From the IMG/VR virus record IMGVR_UViG_3300047545_000339, positions 37,214-101,213 of that record: 64,000 nucleotides of DNA, one strand, 5' to 3'. A program made the translations under genes and the position numbers. The notes under the pieces were generated by a model. That model had not been told where the DNA came from. It did not search any database and worked only from the letters and a program-made list of their open reading frames with translations. Each line of letters starts with the position of its first letter. The first letter of the stretch is position 1. This document shows positions 1-11,537 of this stretch, piece by piece. The DNA is from a virus (taxonomy: Duplodnaviria > Caudoviricetes).

Positions 1-3000
1 GCTGGTGCTACAGCAGGTTCTGTTGTTCCAATTGTTGGAACAGTTATTGGGGCAATTACTGGAACACTTATCGGAGGCTTGGTAGCATGGAAGCAATATC
101 AAGATCAGGTTGCAAGACTTAATGAAAATATTGGCAGTGCTGCAAGAATAATGGGTGGGTCTATCCAAGTTTTAGGAGAACTAAGAGGAGCAGAACAACT
201 TCTTATTGAAAAGAGGCAAGAGGGATTAATTTCTGCTGAAGAATATGCTACTGAAATGGCAAGAGTTGATCAAATAGAAGCTAAGGCAACAGCAAATATG
301 TCATCTGTTATTCAGTCTATGATGATGGGTGGTCAGGTAGATACTGGAGCATTAAACGAAGCACTTAAGAGCCAATTAATTGTTTCTGGTTTTGAGGGTG
401 ATCTTGCTGGAGCAGTAGTTGGAACAATAAATGTAGAAAATATCGCTAAAGCTCTTTTCCCAGAAGAAGACCTTGACACAATTCTTGCAGATCAAGCAAA
501 GAGGTCAGCAATAACGGCAGTAATGATTGAGTCTCTTGCTGGAATTACCCCAGAAAATGCAAAACAAAGGGTATCTGATGTTACATCTCAATGGTCTAGC
601 ATATCAGAGGAGCTTCTTATTGCTGCTGAGGATGGACTGACTCAAGACGAAGCAAGGGCGGTTCTTGCAGGTAAAAGGGCTGGACAAATTGTTATGGATA
701 GGCTACTGGGTGGAGCAGAAGGATCAATTGAGGGATATTCAGCAGGAACAACTGCATCAGATTATGAAAAAGCAGCAGATGCTCTTTCAAGAATTGCTGC
801 TGGAAATACAACAAACCTTCCATCGGGTGTAAAAATTGTTGAAGGAAAAGAGGGAGATCCTGATCGTGTTGAAGTAAATGGAAGAGTCTATGAGGCAAGT
901 GCCGCTGGAGAAGAAAAAAAGAGTTTAGCAGTCAGAGTAGCTGAAGGACAACTTGGAACCGCAATTCCAGAAGATGGGGCGACCCCCGCGCAAAGCTCCA
1001 CATTAAATTTTGCACAAAATGATTTAGATATTATATCTCGTAGTTATGGCTACAATGAAGATGCAATAAATTTCATAGCCAATAGTGCTAAACAAATGGG
1101 AGTAACGGTACAAGAGTTTTTAGCAGATGCCATGGCAGATCCAACCTATGGACCAGCCTTTGTAGAAAATATGGAAGCAGCACTTAAAGATGAAAACTTT
1201 GATTGGATGCAACTTGAAGGTTTAGGAATAGGGACAACGGCTGAGCAAATTAAAGAATCAATCATGCTTGCCCTAGATCTATCTGATGTAAAAATAAAAT
1301 ATCCAGAACTTGAGGTCACAGATGTTGGAACAACTGAGCAGTATATATCTGGTGCAGCAACAGCCTGGGCAGCATTACCAGAAACACAAACAGCAATTGA
1401 AGAAAGAGCTATAAGTCCAGAACAGCTAGATGTTGGTTTGGCTGCTGCAACTGATGTGTTGGGAGCAGAGGGTTTAAACGAGCTGCTTGCTACACCAGAT
1501 GCAATGAACGTCCTGCTTGATCTTATTGCCAAAATGAATACCGCAGAATTTGCAGGGATGGATATGGCAAAAGCAATTGAAGAGGTTTTTGGAGGCAATA
1601 CAACACAAAATGCTGAAGAATTAACAGATGGTCTTAATAAGTTTGAAGATTCGTATTCTGGAATGGGCCCAGCATTTGGAGAAAATGCCCAAATTGTTAT
1701 AGATTATTTTAAGGGAATGGCTGAAGAATCAAAAAATGCTGGAGAAACATCAGAAGACTATGTTAAGAGAATGTCTCAAGAAGCAAAAGGATATGCGGAA
1801 ATAATCAAGGGGATGCCAACAGATATGACGGCAAGATTAGGAATAAATATAGAAGATCCGTCAACATTCATGGAGATTGGGCCCCACCTTGATCAAGTTA
1901 TAAAGATGTGGCCAATCTTGTCTAATTTGGATAAAGGCATAGACCTAAAAGCAGCAATAGAGGCTGGGTTGCTAACTACTGAAAATGGAGAATACAAATC
2001 TCCAGATCAACTTGCAAAAGATGTTAAAACAACAAATAAAACTTGGAAGAATTTTGGAAAAGCTGAAACGTTAGAAGCTAAGAAAAAAATACTTTTTGAA
2101 ATGACAGTAAACGAAAATGATCCAGAAGCCGTTAAAAAAGCAGATGAAACATGGAATAGTCTAATAGACAGGTTCGGTGAGGCAAAAGTTCTAGACATGG
2201 GTACGGATGTATTTAAAAAAGCTTGGGATCTTCAAATCACTTTAACTGGAAATGCTGACAAACTAAAAGACTTAAAAGATACCTATGCCTCTTTAGCTGT
2301 AAGACCAGGTTGGGCCGCAACCGAGGCAGGAAAAACTATGGCGGCTGACATAAAAGCCCTAGAAATAGCAATAGCTCAAGGTGAGTCTGAGATGGCCAAC
2401 ATTAAAATAAATCCTTCTGGAGGATCTGACACAGGTTCCAGTGGCAGTAGTGGTGGTGGAGGTGGAGGAAAAGAATCACCTCTAAAAGGATTTAAAGAAG
2501 AAATTCTTAACATGGCTAAACTTTGGACAGATGCCACCATGAGTATGGAAAAACTTAATAATGCCAAAATGTCTTTTGCTCAACAAGTTTTTAAAGGACA
2601 AGGAATATTTGATAAATTAAAGAATATAAAAGGACTTCCAAAAGATGCAATATCTCAAATTATGGAAATGGGTCCAGAAGGTTCTGAAGAATTTATTAAA
2701 AAATTTACCAAGGGTAACAAGATAACTGCTGCAGGAAAAGGATTCTTGCAGGCACAATCAGCAGCAAGAATAAACCAAATGGTTGGAGAAGATAGGCTTT
2801 CAAATATTGATACTAGAAAGAGGACTAGGGCAGCAAGGTCGCTTATGGGTGAGCAAGGGGTATCAAGAGAAACATTTAACTTTATTGCTGAAGATACAGA
2901 CAGACTTGATGCATACTGGGAATTAAAAAAGAGGGCAAATAAGGGCGATAAAGAGGCAGTCAAAGATCTTGAAAGATTTTTAAAGATTCAACAAAGAAAG

Positions 3001-4938
3001 GTTAACTTAGAAGAAAAGTTTAATGATTCCCTAAAGACTGGTATTGAATTAGCAAGAGAAGAGTGGGATGAATATGCCTCTAAGCAAAATGCCTTCTTTG
3101 ATAGAGAGTTTGCTGCTATTCAGGTACAGGAAGATATTCAATTTGAAGCAGACTATGGAATGTCAGTCTCTGATATGGAATGGCAAATAAAACTTAATGA
3201 AGATTTAATTGATGGATATAGAGAAAGAATCCAGGTAATTAATGATGAAATTAGAGCACTAGAAACAAGAAATGGAATTGCAAGTGACTACTCCGACTGG
3301 GGAATAGAACAACTTCAAAAAGAAATTGATTCTAATCAAGATTTAATTAGAGGGTATGAAAGACAAAATGAACTAGCTCAAAGAAAAATAGACAACCTTA
3401 AGCGTGAAGATGAATTAAGAATGAGAGTTTCTGAAGAACTTTCTCGTGACCTTGAAATCATGTCAGAGGCTGAAACAAAAATTGATGAAGCTTACAATAA
3501 AAGAATTGAAGCATTAGATAAGGTTCAAAGCATTAATCAACAAATTATTGAACAACAAAAACAACAGCTTAATCTATCTCAAGCAATATCTGAGGGAGAC
3601 ATTTATGCTGCTACCGCTGCTGCTCAAGAGATGAGAGCATCTGCTGCATCATTTGCAGTGGAACAAGTAAGAACATCTTTGGATAAAGGAAGAGAAAATG
3701 AGATAGCATCTTTAAGAACTTCTGGAGGGCTGACAAGAGAACAAGCAGAAAAACAAATATCTGATATTAAAGAGCAATCATATCAAACATCTTTAAAAAC
3801 TAGACTGCTTGAAGATGAAATTTACAATAGACAAATAAATGACATTCTTCCACTTAAAGATAAAGAGTTTAACCTTAATAAAGCACTTGAAAGCTTACAA
3901 GATTCTATTGCAACAAAACAATTAGCTATTCGTGATATTGAAAGATCTAAAATTGAGCCACTTGAAAGACAAAATGCTTTAATGGCAGAACAGGTTGATG
4001 ATCATCTATTAAAGATAGAAGGAAAGCAAAGGGATGTAAAGAATGAGGTAGGACTAACAAAAGATGAATTTGAAAAAATGAATAATTGGATGCAAGCAGA
4101 TCTGGCCTGGCAAGAACTAATGACAAAGGAAACTGAAAGAGCAGAACAAAAGGCTGCAGACTTAGCGGCGCAATGGCAAAATGTTGGAGAACAAATACAG
4201 GCAGCTAAAAAAGCTTTAGCAGGAGATTTTGCAAAAATAGCTCTTAAACCACTAGGAAAGACATACACTGAAGAAGATAGAAAAGCAGAGAGGGCTGCAG
4301 CGCAGGCAAGATATGATAAAGCAGTCTCTGGATATCTTTCTTCCGCTGCATCTCAAACATCAGCTGCTTTAACAACTGATGGTTCATCAGGAGAAACTCA
4401 GGGATCTTCTGGAAAAACTCCTAGTCAAAATTCTAGATCAATAATGATGCCTGGAATGAAGATGCTAACTGGTCAAGCATTAGATGAAGGTATTATTTAT
4501 ATGGATAAAAATGGAAGGTTTAGGTGGACTAAAACTAAAAAACTTGTTCCAACTATGCCAGAGGGAGATTTATCTAAATATTTCAGTGGTGGAATGGTTG
4601 CTGGTAATGGATCAAGAGATTCTATTAGAGCAATATTATCTCCTGGAGAATTTATAATTCGTAAAGCAATGGTAGATAAATATGGAACACCATTGATGAA
4701 TGCACTTAATCAAGGATCTTTTGCTATGCCAACATATAATACTGGACCAGAAACTCCACAAATGAACTCAGTAAATAGTACTTCTATTTCCAGCACTAAC
4801 GCTCCAGTGTATAATACATATGATATGAAATTCTCTATTAATGGGGCAAGTCAGTCTGCTGATGATATTGCTAATAAGGTTATGTTTAAAATGAAACAGT
4901 TACAAAATCAACAGGTTAGAGGTAACCGTGGCTACTAG
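1..4938 (+). CDS. Tape measure protein, C-terminal part (frame open from position 1, 5' end upstream of window)
   Basis: >1600 aa Ala/Glu/Lys-rich helical and coiled-coil protein, Gly-rich hydrophobic segment at window start, C-terminal 'GGMV.G.G..DSI.A.LSPGEFII' motif typical of tape measures, followed by tail genes. Confidence 0.85.
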   Translation, partial: AGATAGSVVPIVGTVIGAITGTLIGGLVAWKQYQDQVARLNENIGSAARIMGGSIQVLGELRGAEQLLIEKRQEGLISAEEYATEMARVDQIEAKATANMSSVIQSMMMGGQVDTGALNEALKSQLIVSGFEGDLAGAVVGTINVENIAKALFPEEDLDTILADQAKRSAITAVMIESLAGITPENAKQRVSDVTSQWSSISEELLIAAEDGLTQDEARAVLAGKRAGQIVMDRLLGGAEGSIEGYSAGTTASDYEKAADALSRIAAGNTTNLPSGVKIVEGKEGDPDRVEVNGRVYEASAAGEEKKSLAVRVAEGQLGTAIPEDGATPAQSSTLNFAQNDLDIISRSYGYNEDAINFIANSAKQMGVTVQEFLADAMADPTYGPAFVENMEAALKDENFDWMQLEGLGIGTTAEQIKESIMLALDLSDVKIKYPELEVTDVGTTEQYISGAATAWAALPETQTAIEERAISPEQLDVGLAAATDVLGAEGLNELLATPDAMNVLLDLIAKMNTAEFAGMDMAKAIEEVFGGNTTQNAEELTDGLNKFEDSYSGMGPAFGENAQIVIDYFKGMAEESKNAGETSEDYVKRMSQEAKGYAEIIKGMPTDMTARLGINIEDPSTFMEIGPHLDQVIKMWPILSNLDKGIDLKAAIEAGLLTTENGEYKSPDQLAKDVKTTNKTWKNFGKAETLEAKKKILFEMTVNENDPEAVKKADETWNSLIDRFGEAKVLDMGTDVFKKAWDLQITLTGNADKLKDLKDTYASLAVRPGWAATEAGKTMAADIKALEIAIAQGESEMANIKINPSGGSDTGSSGSSGGGGGGKESPLKGFKEEILNMAKLWTDATMSMEKLNNAKMSFAQQVFKGQGIFDKLKNIKGLPKDAISQIMEMGPEGSEEFIKKFTKGNKITAAGKGFLQAQSAARINQMVGEDRLSNIDTRKRTRAARSLMGEQGVSRETFNFIAEDTDRLDAYWELKKRANKGDKEAVKDLERFLKIQQRKVNLEEKFNDSLKTGIELAREEWDEYASKQNAFFDREFAAIQVQEDIQFEADYGMSVSDMEWQIKLNEDLIDGYRERIQVINDEIRALETRNGIASDYSDWGIEQLQKEIDSNQDLIRGYERQNELAQRKIDNLKREDELRMRVSEELSRDLEIMSEAETKIDEAYNKRIEALDKVQSINQQIIEQQKQQLNLSQAISEGDIYAATAAAQEMRASAASFAVEQVRTSLDKGRENEIASLRTSGGLTREQAEKQISDIKEQSYQTSLKTRLLEDEIYNRQINDILPLKDKEFNLNKALESLQDSIATKQLAIRDIERSKIEPLERQNALMAEQVDDHLLKIEGKQRDVKNEVGLTKDEFEKMNNWMQADLAWQELMTKETERAEQKAADLAAQWQNVGEQIQAAKKALAGDFAKIALKPLGKTYTEEDRKAERAAAQARYDKAVSGYLSSAASQTSAALTTDGSSGETQGSSGKTPSQNSRSIMMPGMKMLTGQALDEGIIYMDKNGRFRWTKTKKLVPTMPEGDLSKYFSGGMVAGNGSRDSIRAILSPGEFIIRKAMVDKYGTPLMNALNQGSFAMPTYNTGPETPQMNSVNSTSISSTNAPVYNTYDMKFSINGASQSADDIANKVMFKMKQLQNQQVRGNRGY

Positions 4939-5551
4939 CTCGTATATGGCTGGAAGAATTAAGTGGCAAAGGCCACAGGCAGTCTTATTTTCTGATAACC
5001 CAGGAACACTACAAGACGGACTATATATTCCACAGGGTAATGAATTTGAAGACTTTATAATCCTATCTGATCATAACAGATCTACTATTTCTATATCAAA
5101 TCAAAGGATAGAGACTAGAAATAGAATGGTCAATGGAACAATGAGGTCTTACCATACCGCAGACAAGATCAATGTGTCAACATCTTGGGCCAGACTTCCT
5201 TCAAGAGCGTATGGATCATCTCCAGTATATGTTGATGGAGAACTAGAGCAGACAAATATTTTTAGTCCTGATGGAAAATATTTAGGAAAAAATCCAGAGG
5301 AGTATACAGCAGATGGTGGTGCAGGAGGAGCAGATCTATTAGATTGGTATGAAACACACTATGGACCATTCTGGGTATTCCTATCATACGACAAGGATGG
5401 ATCTGGAAACCTAAATAGATACACCCAAGTTGCTCAAATGTATTTTGCTTCATTTGATTATGACATTGAAAAAAGAGGTCAGGCTTGGAGTAATGGAAGA
5501 GCAACTGGATTTGATATGTGGAACGTAAGCATGGCTTTGGAGCAGGTATAA
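4928..5551 (+). CDS. Minor tail protein (distal-tail position)
   Basis: 207 aa ORF overlapping the tape measure stop; position-based call. Confidence 0.6.
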   Translation: MATSSYMAGRIKWQRPQAVLFSDNPGTLQDGLYIPQGNEFEDFIILSDHNRSTISISNQRIETRNRMVNGTMRSYHTADKINVSTSWARLPSRAYGSSPVYVDGELEQTNIFSPDGKYLGKNPEEYTADGGAGGADLLDWYETHYGPFWVFLSYDKDGSGNLNRYTQVAQMYFASFDYDIEKRGQAWSNGRATGFDMWNVSMALEQV

Positions 5552-8500
5552 TGTTTCAGTCTGAAGAATTAGACAATCATCTAAAAACATCACACACTAT
5601 TAAAACAGAATCAATTGTCTTTGCCGAATGGAATATGAATGATTCTGAAAATATTGAAAAACTAGGAAACTACAGATACAGGCCAAACACAGTAGACAAT
5701 AAGTTTTCTATAGTTCCAACTACTTATGATCCAGTAGATGACGGAGGATACTACACAGGTGCCACAGACGCAGATATAACAGTACAGTCTGGTTTTGCTG
5801 ATGAAGATCAGCCAGTATTTCTTGCAACAAGAAATGAAAAAATGAATCTTCTATATTCTTTAGAGGATTGCATTAAACCACATAGACCAAGATCTGGAAT
5901 CAATAAGTTATTATATCTAGGAGATGCAGCAAGTCAATATTTAGATATGGGCGGTAGAGATGACTCATCCCAAGAACTTTTAAATATTGCCAATAGGCCA
6001 AGATACTATATGTCATCAAGAAAAGATCCATTCAAATATTGGACTTCCTATAGAACAGAGCAAGAAAACGGGGAGCAAAAAGAATACGGAGTATCTTTTC
6101 AAACAAACTTTGGAAACATTTTTTATATCTATGATGCCGCTCCATTTGTTGTATATAAAGATTTAGTTCCTACAAATAAAATAGTCATCAAGATGCAAAC
6201 AAACGTAGGGGATGTAAACCTAGGACCATTTAGATATAACAACCAACAGTTTCAAGATCCACTTTTTGGATATGAAAATCAAACAACTCCAATCAAGTGG
6301 AGGGTAGAGGTCTTAGATGATGATAACTGGGTAGAAGCAATATCTTTTGATGCTAACTCAAGAGATGAAAATAATGAACCAGTTATTAAAAGTGATGGAT
6401 ATGTAGAGATCTCGTATGGATTACAAATTCCATTTAGATATAGAGATTCTTATGTATACGCTGGAGTTTTATCAGATGAATCTTTGCTGCCAGAACAAGC
6501 AATAGATGGAGATACATTTCTTATAAAGCAGAGCAGCAATGATAGGGGAGTTTTAAAGATCTATGATTCTGGACAATGGGAAACTTTTATTCCAGAATAT
6601 AATTGGCAATTATCTAGCCAAACAATTGATATTAGAAGCAGTGCAGTTACAGAACTTACAAATCCAGACTACTTTATTAATGAAGAAGGATTTGTTCAGT
6701 TTAGAGAGTTTCAATTCATTCGCGGTATAAGAGTTGTTGTTGAAACAATGAATAAGCCAGAATGTACATTTGATCTTATTGAGTTTTCTCCTAGATTATT
6801 TGCAAATATTTCTGATAACGTATCATCTATACAGATAACAAAAACAATGTCAGACTTAGGAAATGGATCTATTCCAGTTGGAAATATTATTGCATCCACA
6901 GGAAGCCTAGATATTTTTGATGACGATTTTTCTTTTAACAGAAACAATGTTTTTAATTTTGAAACAAATGAAGGAAGCATTGTTGCAAAATATGTTGACA
7001 AAAGAGTTAAGTTTAACTTCTATCAAGTGGTAAAAGATGTAAATAGTTTTGACTATTTTATTCCAATAAAGATAATGTATACAGATCAAATACCACCAGT
7101 ATCTCAATCTACTGGCTTGATTAATACCTCATTAAGAGACTTTTTCTTTAATCTAGAGTCATCAAAGGCTCCAGAACTATTAATGACTGATGTATCAATC
7201 AGTTATGCTGTCACACTACTTCTTGACTATATGGGCTATAGCAATTATGTATTTAAAAGAATATTAAATACTTCAGAAATAATAATCCCATTCTTTTTTG
7301 TGGCACCAGATCAAAACGTGGCAGAAGTTTTACAACAACTTGCAGTAGCATCACAGACAGCAATGTTTTTTGATGAGTACAATAACTTGGTTGTAATGTC
7401 TAAAGAATATCTTTTACCAGAAGAGGGACAGAGAGAAGTTGACTCATACCTATATGGTCAAGAAGAAGGAGAAAATCTTCCTAACATTATTAATCTCTCA
7501 TCTGAAGAAAAAAGAGTTTACAACGATGGAAGTATTAACTACACAACAAGGTATATTCAAAGAGAAATCTCTGAATACTCTCAAGCACCGTATACTGATA
7601 AATATAAAACATATGGATACAAGCCTGTTCTTCTATGGGAGGTATCGGGAAAAGAAACCCTCAGAACAAAGAATGATTTGGCTGGTCAGTCATCTGGATA
7701 TACTCTAAGCGCTGCTCCATTAAATTCTAATTTATCGGCAGATGTTCCAGTAGTTGAAAATAATCAAGTCATCAACAACATCCTTGATCTTGGAGAAAAT
7801 ATAGATGCTGGATTTGGAGGTTTGTCTTCATATCAAGGATATTTATATGCAAATGGAGAGATCATAAAGTATGATGCTATAGAATATTCAATCTCTGGAA
7901 ACCTTAATGATGGACAGTCTGGAAATCTAAGGTGGATTAGTAGCAATCAAGAATATCAAAGATATTTTTCTAAACTTCCATTTAATGGAAAGATTTATCC
8001 AACTGGAAATGTAAGAATATACTCAGAGCCAGACTATGAAACCGTTAATGGTATAACTCAAATGAAAAATGGTGCGGTAAAAAAGCACGGTAGAGGACAG
8101 TTTGGTACACCTATAACTAGTCATGGAGCAGGGTTAAACGATTATTGGTCAAGCGATGATAATGTTTTTGGCTGTGTGCAAGAGTCAAAAGAATATCTTT
8201 TTAATACAGACCAATATATTAATTATCCAGAAACACAAAAGGATATTAAGGCTGGAAAAACTAAAGAAATTTCTGGCTTAGGATTTTTTAATGCAGATGT
8301 TCGTGCAGAAAACTCTACAAGAAATGGAATAATTAAGAACTTTAGAGCAAATAAGTATTACACAGAAAGAGAAGTTAATTACTTTAGTACTGCAAGAACA
8401 GGAACGATGCAGTCTTCTGCTCTAGTTTTTCAGGGTCCAGAAATTCCAAGTCAGATAAGGGCATCAGACTTTGTATCGTATGTCTATAAAGATCTATCTT

Positions 8501-10806
8501 CTGGGTCTAGAAACCCTTCTGCAACAATTAGATCTTTTATAATAAAGTATAATGATGGATACTCCCCTTATCCATTAATATCAAATAGATATCCTCAAGG
8601 TACTCAGGCTGCCCAAGATAACATAGAACTTATAATAGATAAAGAGTTAGGTGGTCAGGGCATGTATCGATTAATTTCTGATCAAACTAATCAAAATTAT
8701 TATGATGATTCTTTTGTTAATAACATTCTTGAGCAAATTAGACAAGAGGAATCAGTAGAGTATATTGTTTGGGATCAAATAGTTACAATAAATAAAAATG
8801 AACAAACTCCAGTACCTGCACAATACACACACTTTGGTACAAGAATGAGAATTGTTGGAAAGATTGAATCAACAAACCAAAAATCTGAAACACCTTTTGG
8901 GGCATTTCCAATATACGAAACTCAAGACTTAAATATCGATGACCCAGAAAAAAATATACAGATACTGGGTGGATCTGGTGGTCTAGGTATTAACGTAAAT
9001 AAGGAAAGAAATACTGGGTACTTTTTTGAAATAGTTTCTCTAACTCAAGATAATATTAATCAGTATACAAACAATAACAAAGAACAGTTTGTTAGTTATC
9101 AAATTTTGAGCGATCCCGCTCCTTCTTGTGTAAACAATGTTGTGACAGTAAGAAGCAAGAATAATATAGAATTTGTTGTTGGACAAAAATTAGTTATTTC
9201 TGGCATGGTAGATTCATTAAATCCAACAGATACAAGAACTCCATTAAATGGAGAGTATCAAGTAACAGCAATTAATGAAGATGGAAAAACATTTCAATAC
9301 ATAATTCCAGGTGATCCAATAGCAAATAGAACATCCACCACTGGGGCAACAGCCTTTGTTTCTACAAATGCACCAAATAATATTGCAAATATATATTTTT
9401 ACAAGGTAGTTGCTGATAATAAAAGAACGGTTTTTCATAGTTATTCAATAGAGAGCAATGTCTTAACCCTATTTTCTGAATCTCCTGCAAGATTTGTTGT
9501 TGGAGAAAAAATATATATTGACTACCCAGCAGGATTATCTCCAGTAGACCTTAGTGGAGAAAGAACTATCTCTGGAGTTTCTGGAAATACAATATCAATA
9601 AATCTTCAATCTGACTTAAACCAACCAAAAACAGAAATGAAAGTCATAGTAAATCTTGTGGAAGGGGCATTGGCAGTACCATATAGGCTTTGGAGTGGAA
9701 CAGGAAATATTACTGTTGATGATGGAAGATTTACTGGTCAATATAGATTTGTAGGAGAGGAAAATCCAACAGTATATGATTTAGCAGCAGAGTATACAAC
9801 AATTGGAAGTGCAAAAAGATTTTATCTTTACATAAATGGCAAGCAGGTTGCAACAGTTACAGACACAGACCCTCTACCAGACTATAATGGAATGTCTCTT
9901 TTTGTTAGAGGAAGTTCAAGGTGTATGTTTGAAAATATATATGCCTTGGCAACAAATGTTAGCGATAACAGCAAGGTTCCTGTAGCATATCCAGTATCAA
10001 AGGTCTGGGGGGATGAAGAGGTAGATGCCTCAGAATCTTTAAAGAAGTATGCAATTAGTGGGATGATCCAAAAAACATATTTGTCTGGAATAAATACTGA
10101 AGGAGAACCTTCTCATAACTTGTATTTTGATGAGTTTGGAACTATAATGAGAGAGGCGGCATACCTAAATATTAAGTATGATCGTGCCTATCCAGCACTT
10201 TATGCAAGAATGATGAATACATTTAACAGACTAAAAGGATATTCCGTTTCTGGATTCTACGCTGGGTCTTATGGAGCAGAGTTCTTGATCTTTAACTGTA
10301 CAGATACTAACATAAACCTAGATGATACAACTGGAAACTTCTTAAGAATTCAAGGAATAGCATTCACTCAGTCAACAAGCAAAACTTTGACAGTAGATGA
10401 TTATTATAATAAAATGTCATCATTGTCCGATCCTATTTATAGAAATGACAATACTTTGTATAGCCCTTTGATTGCAAGAGAAGAGTATAACAAAATTGTT
10501 AATAGTAGATCAAAGCATGGCTTAAATGAATTTAGCATAGACAGTAGTTATATTCAAACAGATGAAGCAGCAGAGGATGTTTTTGGGTGGATTATAAGAA
10601 AGATTTCTTCTCCAAAAATATTGGTTGGCCTTAATACTTTTGCAACATTTAATCTACAACTAGGAGATATTCTAGAAGTTAATTATAAAAATAATGACGG
10701 ACTAGATATTATTTCAGATTCTTCAAAAAGATTTGTTGTTTATAATATGGAATATAATAAAACTTTAGGTCAAGAAACTATGACAATGTATTTAGCGGAG
10801 GTATAA
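5551..10806 (+). CDS. Large minor tail / baseplate-hub-type protein
   Basis: ~1750 aa beta-rich ORF; ATG at 5551 overlaps upstream TAA (TAATG coupling), a better start than 5518; C-terminal 'LQLGDILEVNY' hub-like ending. Confidence 0.65.
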   Translation: MFQSEELDNHLKTSHTIKTESIVFAEWNMNDSENIEKLGNYRYRPNTVDNKFSIVPTTYDPVDDGGYYTGATDADITVQSGFADEDQPVFLATRNEKMNLLYSLEDCIKPHRPRSGINKLLYLGDAASQYLDMGGRDDSSQELLNIANRPRYYMSSRKDPFKYWTSYRTEQENGEQKEYGVSFQTNFGNIFYIYDAAPFVVYKDLVPTNKIVIKMQTNVGDVNLGPFRYNNQQFQDPLFGYENQTTPIKWRVEVLDDDNWVEAISFDANSRDENNEPVIKSDGYVEISYGLQIPFRYRDSYVYAGVLSDESLLPEQAIDGDTFLIKQSSNDRGVLKIYDSGQWETFIPEYNWQLSSQTIDIRSSAVTELTNPDYFINEEGFVQFREFQFIRGIRVVVETMNKPECTFDLIEFSPRLFANISDNVSSIQITKTMSDLGNGSIPVGNIIASTGSLDIFDDDFSFNRNNVFNFETNEGSIVAKYVDKRVKFNFYQVVKDVNSFDYFIPIKIMYTDQIPPVSQSTGLINTSLRDFFFNLESSKAPELLMTDVSISYAVTLLLDYMGYSNYVFKRILNTSEIIIPFFFVAPDQNVAEVLQQLAVASQTAMFFDEYNNLVVMSKEYLLPEEGQREVDSYLYGQEEGENLPNIINLSSEEKRVYNDGSINYTTRYIQREISEYSQAPYTDKYKTYGYKPVLLWEVSGKETLRTKNDLAGQSSGYTLSAAPLNSNLSADVPVVENNQVINNILDLGENIDAGFGGLSSYQGYLYANGEIIKYDAIEYSISGNLNDGQSGNLRWISSNQEYQRYFSKLPFNGKIYPTGNVRIYSEPDYETVNGITQMKNGAVKKHGRGQFGTPITSHGAGLNDYWSSDDNVFGCVQESKEYLFNTDQYINYPETQKDIKAGKTKEISGLGFFNADVRAENSTRNGIIKNFRANKYYTEREVNYFSTARTGTMQSSALVFQGPEIPSQIRASDFVSYVYKDLSSGSRNPSATIRSFIIKYNDGYSPYPLISNRYPQGTQAAQDNIELIIDKELGGQGMYRLISDQTNQNYYDDSFVNNILEQIRQEESVEYIVWDQIVTINKNEQTPVPAQYTHFGTRMRIVGKIESTNQKSETPFGAFPIYETQDLNIDDPEKNIQILGGSGGLGINVNKERNTGYFFEIVSLTQDNINQYTNNNKEQFVSYQILSDPAPSCVNNVVTVRSKNNIEFVVGQKLVISGMVDSLNPTDTRTPLNGEYQVTAINEDGKTFQYIIPGDPIANRTSTTGATAFVSTNAPNNIANIYFYKVVADNKRTVFHSYSIESNVLTLFSESPARFVVGEKIYIDYPAGLSPVDLSGERTISGVSGNTISINLQSDLNQPKTEMKVIVNLVEGALAVPYRLWSGTGNITVDDGRFTGQYRFVGEENPTVYDLAAEYTTIGSAKRFYLYINGKQVATVTDTDPLPDYNGMSLFVRGSSRCMFENIYALATNVSDNSKVPVAYPVSKVWGDEEVDASESLKKYAISGMIQKTYLSGINTEGEPSHNLYFDEFGTIMREAAYLNIKYDRAYPALYARMMNTFNRLKGYSVSGFYAGSYGAEFLIFNCTDTNINLDDTTGNFLRIQGIAFTQSTSKTLTVDDYYNKMSSLSDPIYRNDNTLYSPLIAREEYNKIVNSRSKHGLNEFSIDSSYIQTDEAAEDVFGWIIRKISSPKILVGLNTFATFNLQLGDILEVNYKNNDGLDIISDSSKRFVVYNMEYNKTLGQETMTMYLAEV

Positions 10807-10811
10807 TAAAT

Positions 10812-11537
10812 ATGGCAAAAACTAAAGGTGGGGGCCCAAACCCTAACAAAAATATTGCACAAGCAGAGGCAATATTAAACTCTGGAGGAAATACTAGCAA
10901 CTTTACTGCTGCAACATGGGAAAAATTAAAAGAAATAGAAAGGCAAAATAATGCAGCCGCAGCTCCTGCTGTAACACAGCCCCAAAAAAGTTTTGAAAAT
11001 ATCCCAAACCTTAATCCAGGTGGACTTATTCCATCAACATCCCCAACATATAGTAGCCCAACAACTGAAGCACCAGCCCCACCACCAGCAAAACCAGTAG
11101 ACCCATGGCTTAAGTCTTCAAACTACGTTGCCCCTGTTGGAATAAAACAGGCAGACCCAGATATTGTTTTATTTGATTCAGAAAGTATAAGTCCAGAACT
11201 TTTGTTAGAACTTCAATATGAAGATATTTCTGGAATGGAATTAATTAATATTTCTAGATCAGATATAATAGATGGACAAGATGTTATTTATTCCCCAGTT
11301 AAAAATCTATCTTCAATACGAAGAAGATATAATCCAAACAATATAATTTCTTCTCCAGAACTTTCTTCATCGTTCTTTTCTAGATTTGGAATTGATTTAA
11401 TTCAGAGAGGAATGAATGATCCATATTTTGATGAGCAGGGCAACTTAGTAATTGAGATAGATGATATCAAAGAAAACGAAGTAATTGAGGTAGAAATAGA
11501 CACCAATGGTACAATTGAAGAAGTGAATTTTATATGA
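10812..11537 (+). CDS. Minor tail protein
   Basis: 241 aa, Pro-rich linker, inside tail cluster. Confidence 0.5.
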   Translation: MAKTKGGGPNPNKNIAQAEAILNSGGNTSNFTAATWEKLKEIERQNNAAAAPAVTQPQKSFENIPNLNPGGLIPSTSPTYSSPTTEAPAPPPAKPVDPWLKSSNYVAPVGIKQADPDIVLFDSESISPELLLELQYEDISGMELINISRSDIIDGQDVIYSPVKNLSSIRRRYNPNNIISSPELSSSFFSRFGIDLIQRGMNDPYFDEQGNLVIEIDDIKENEVIEVEIDTNGTIEEVNFI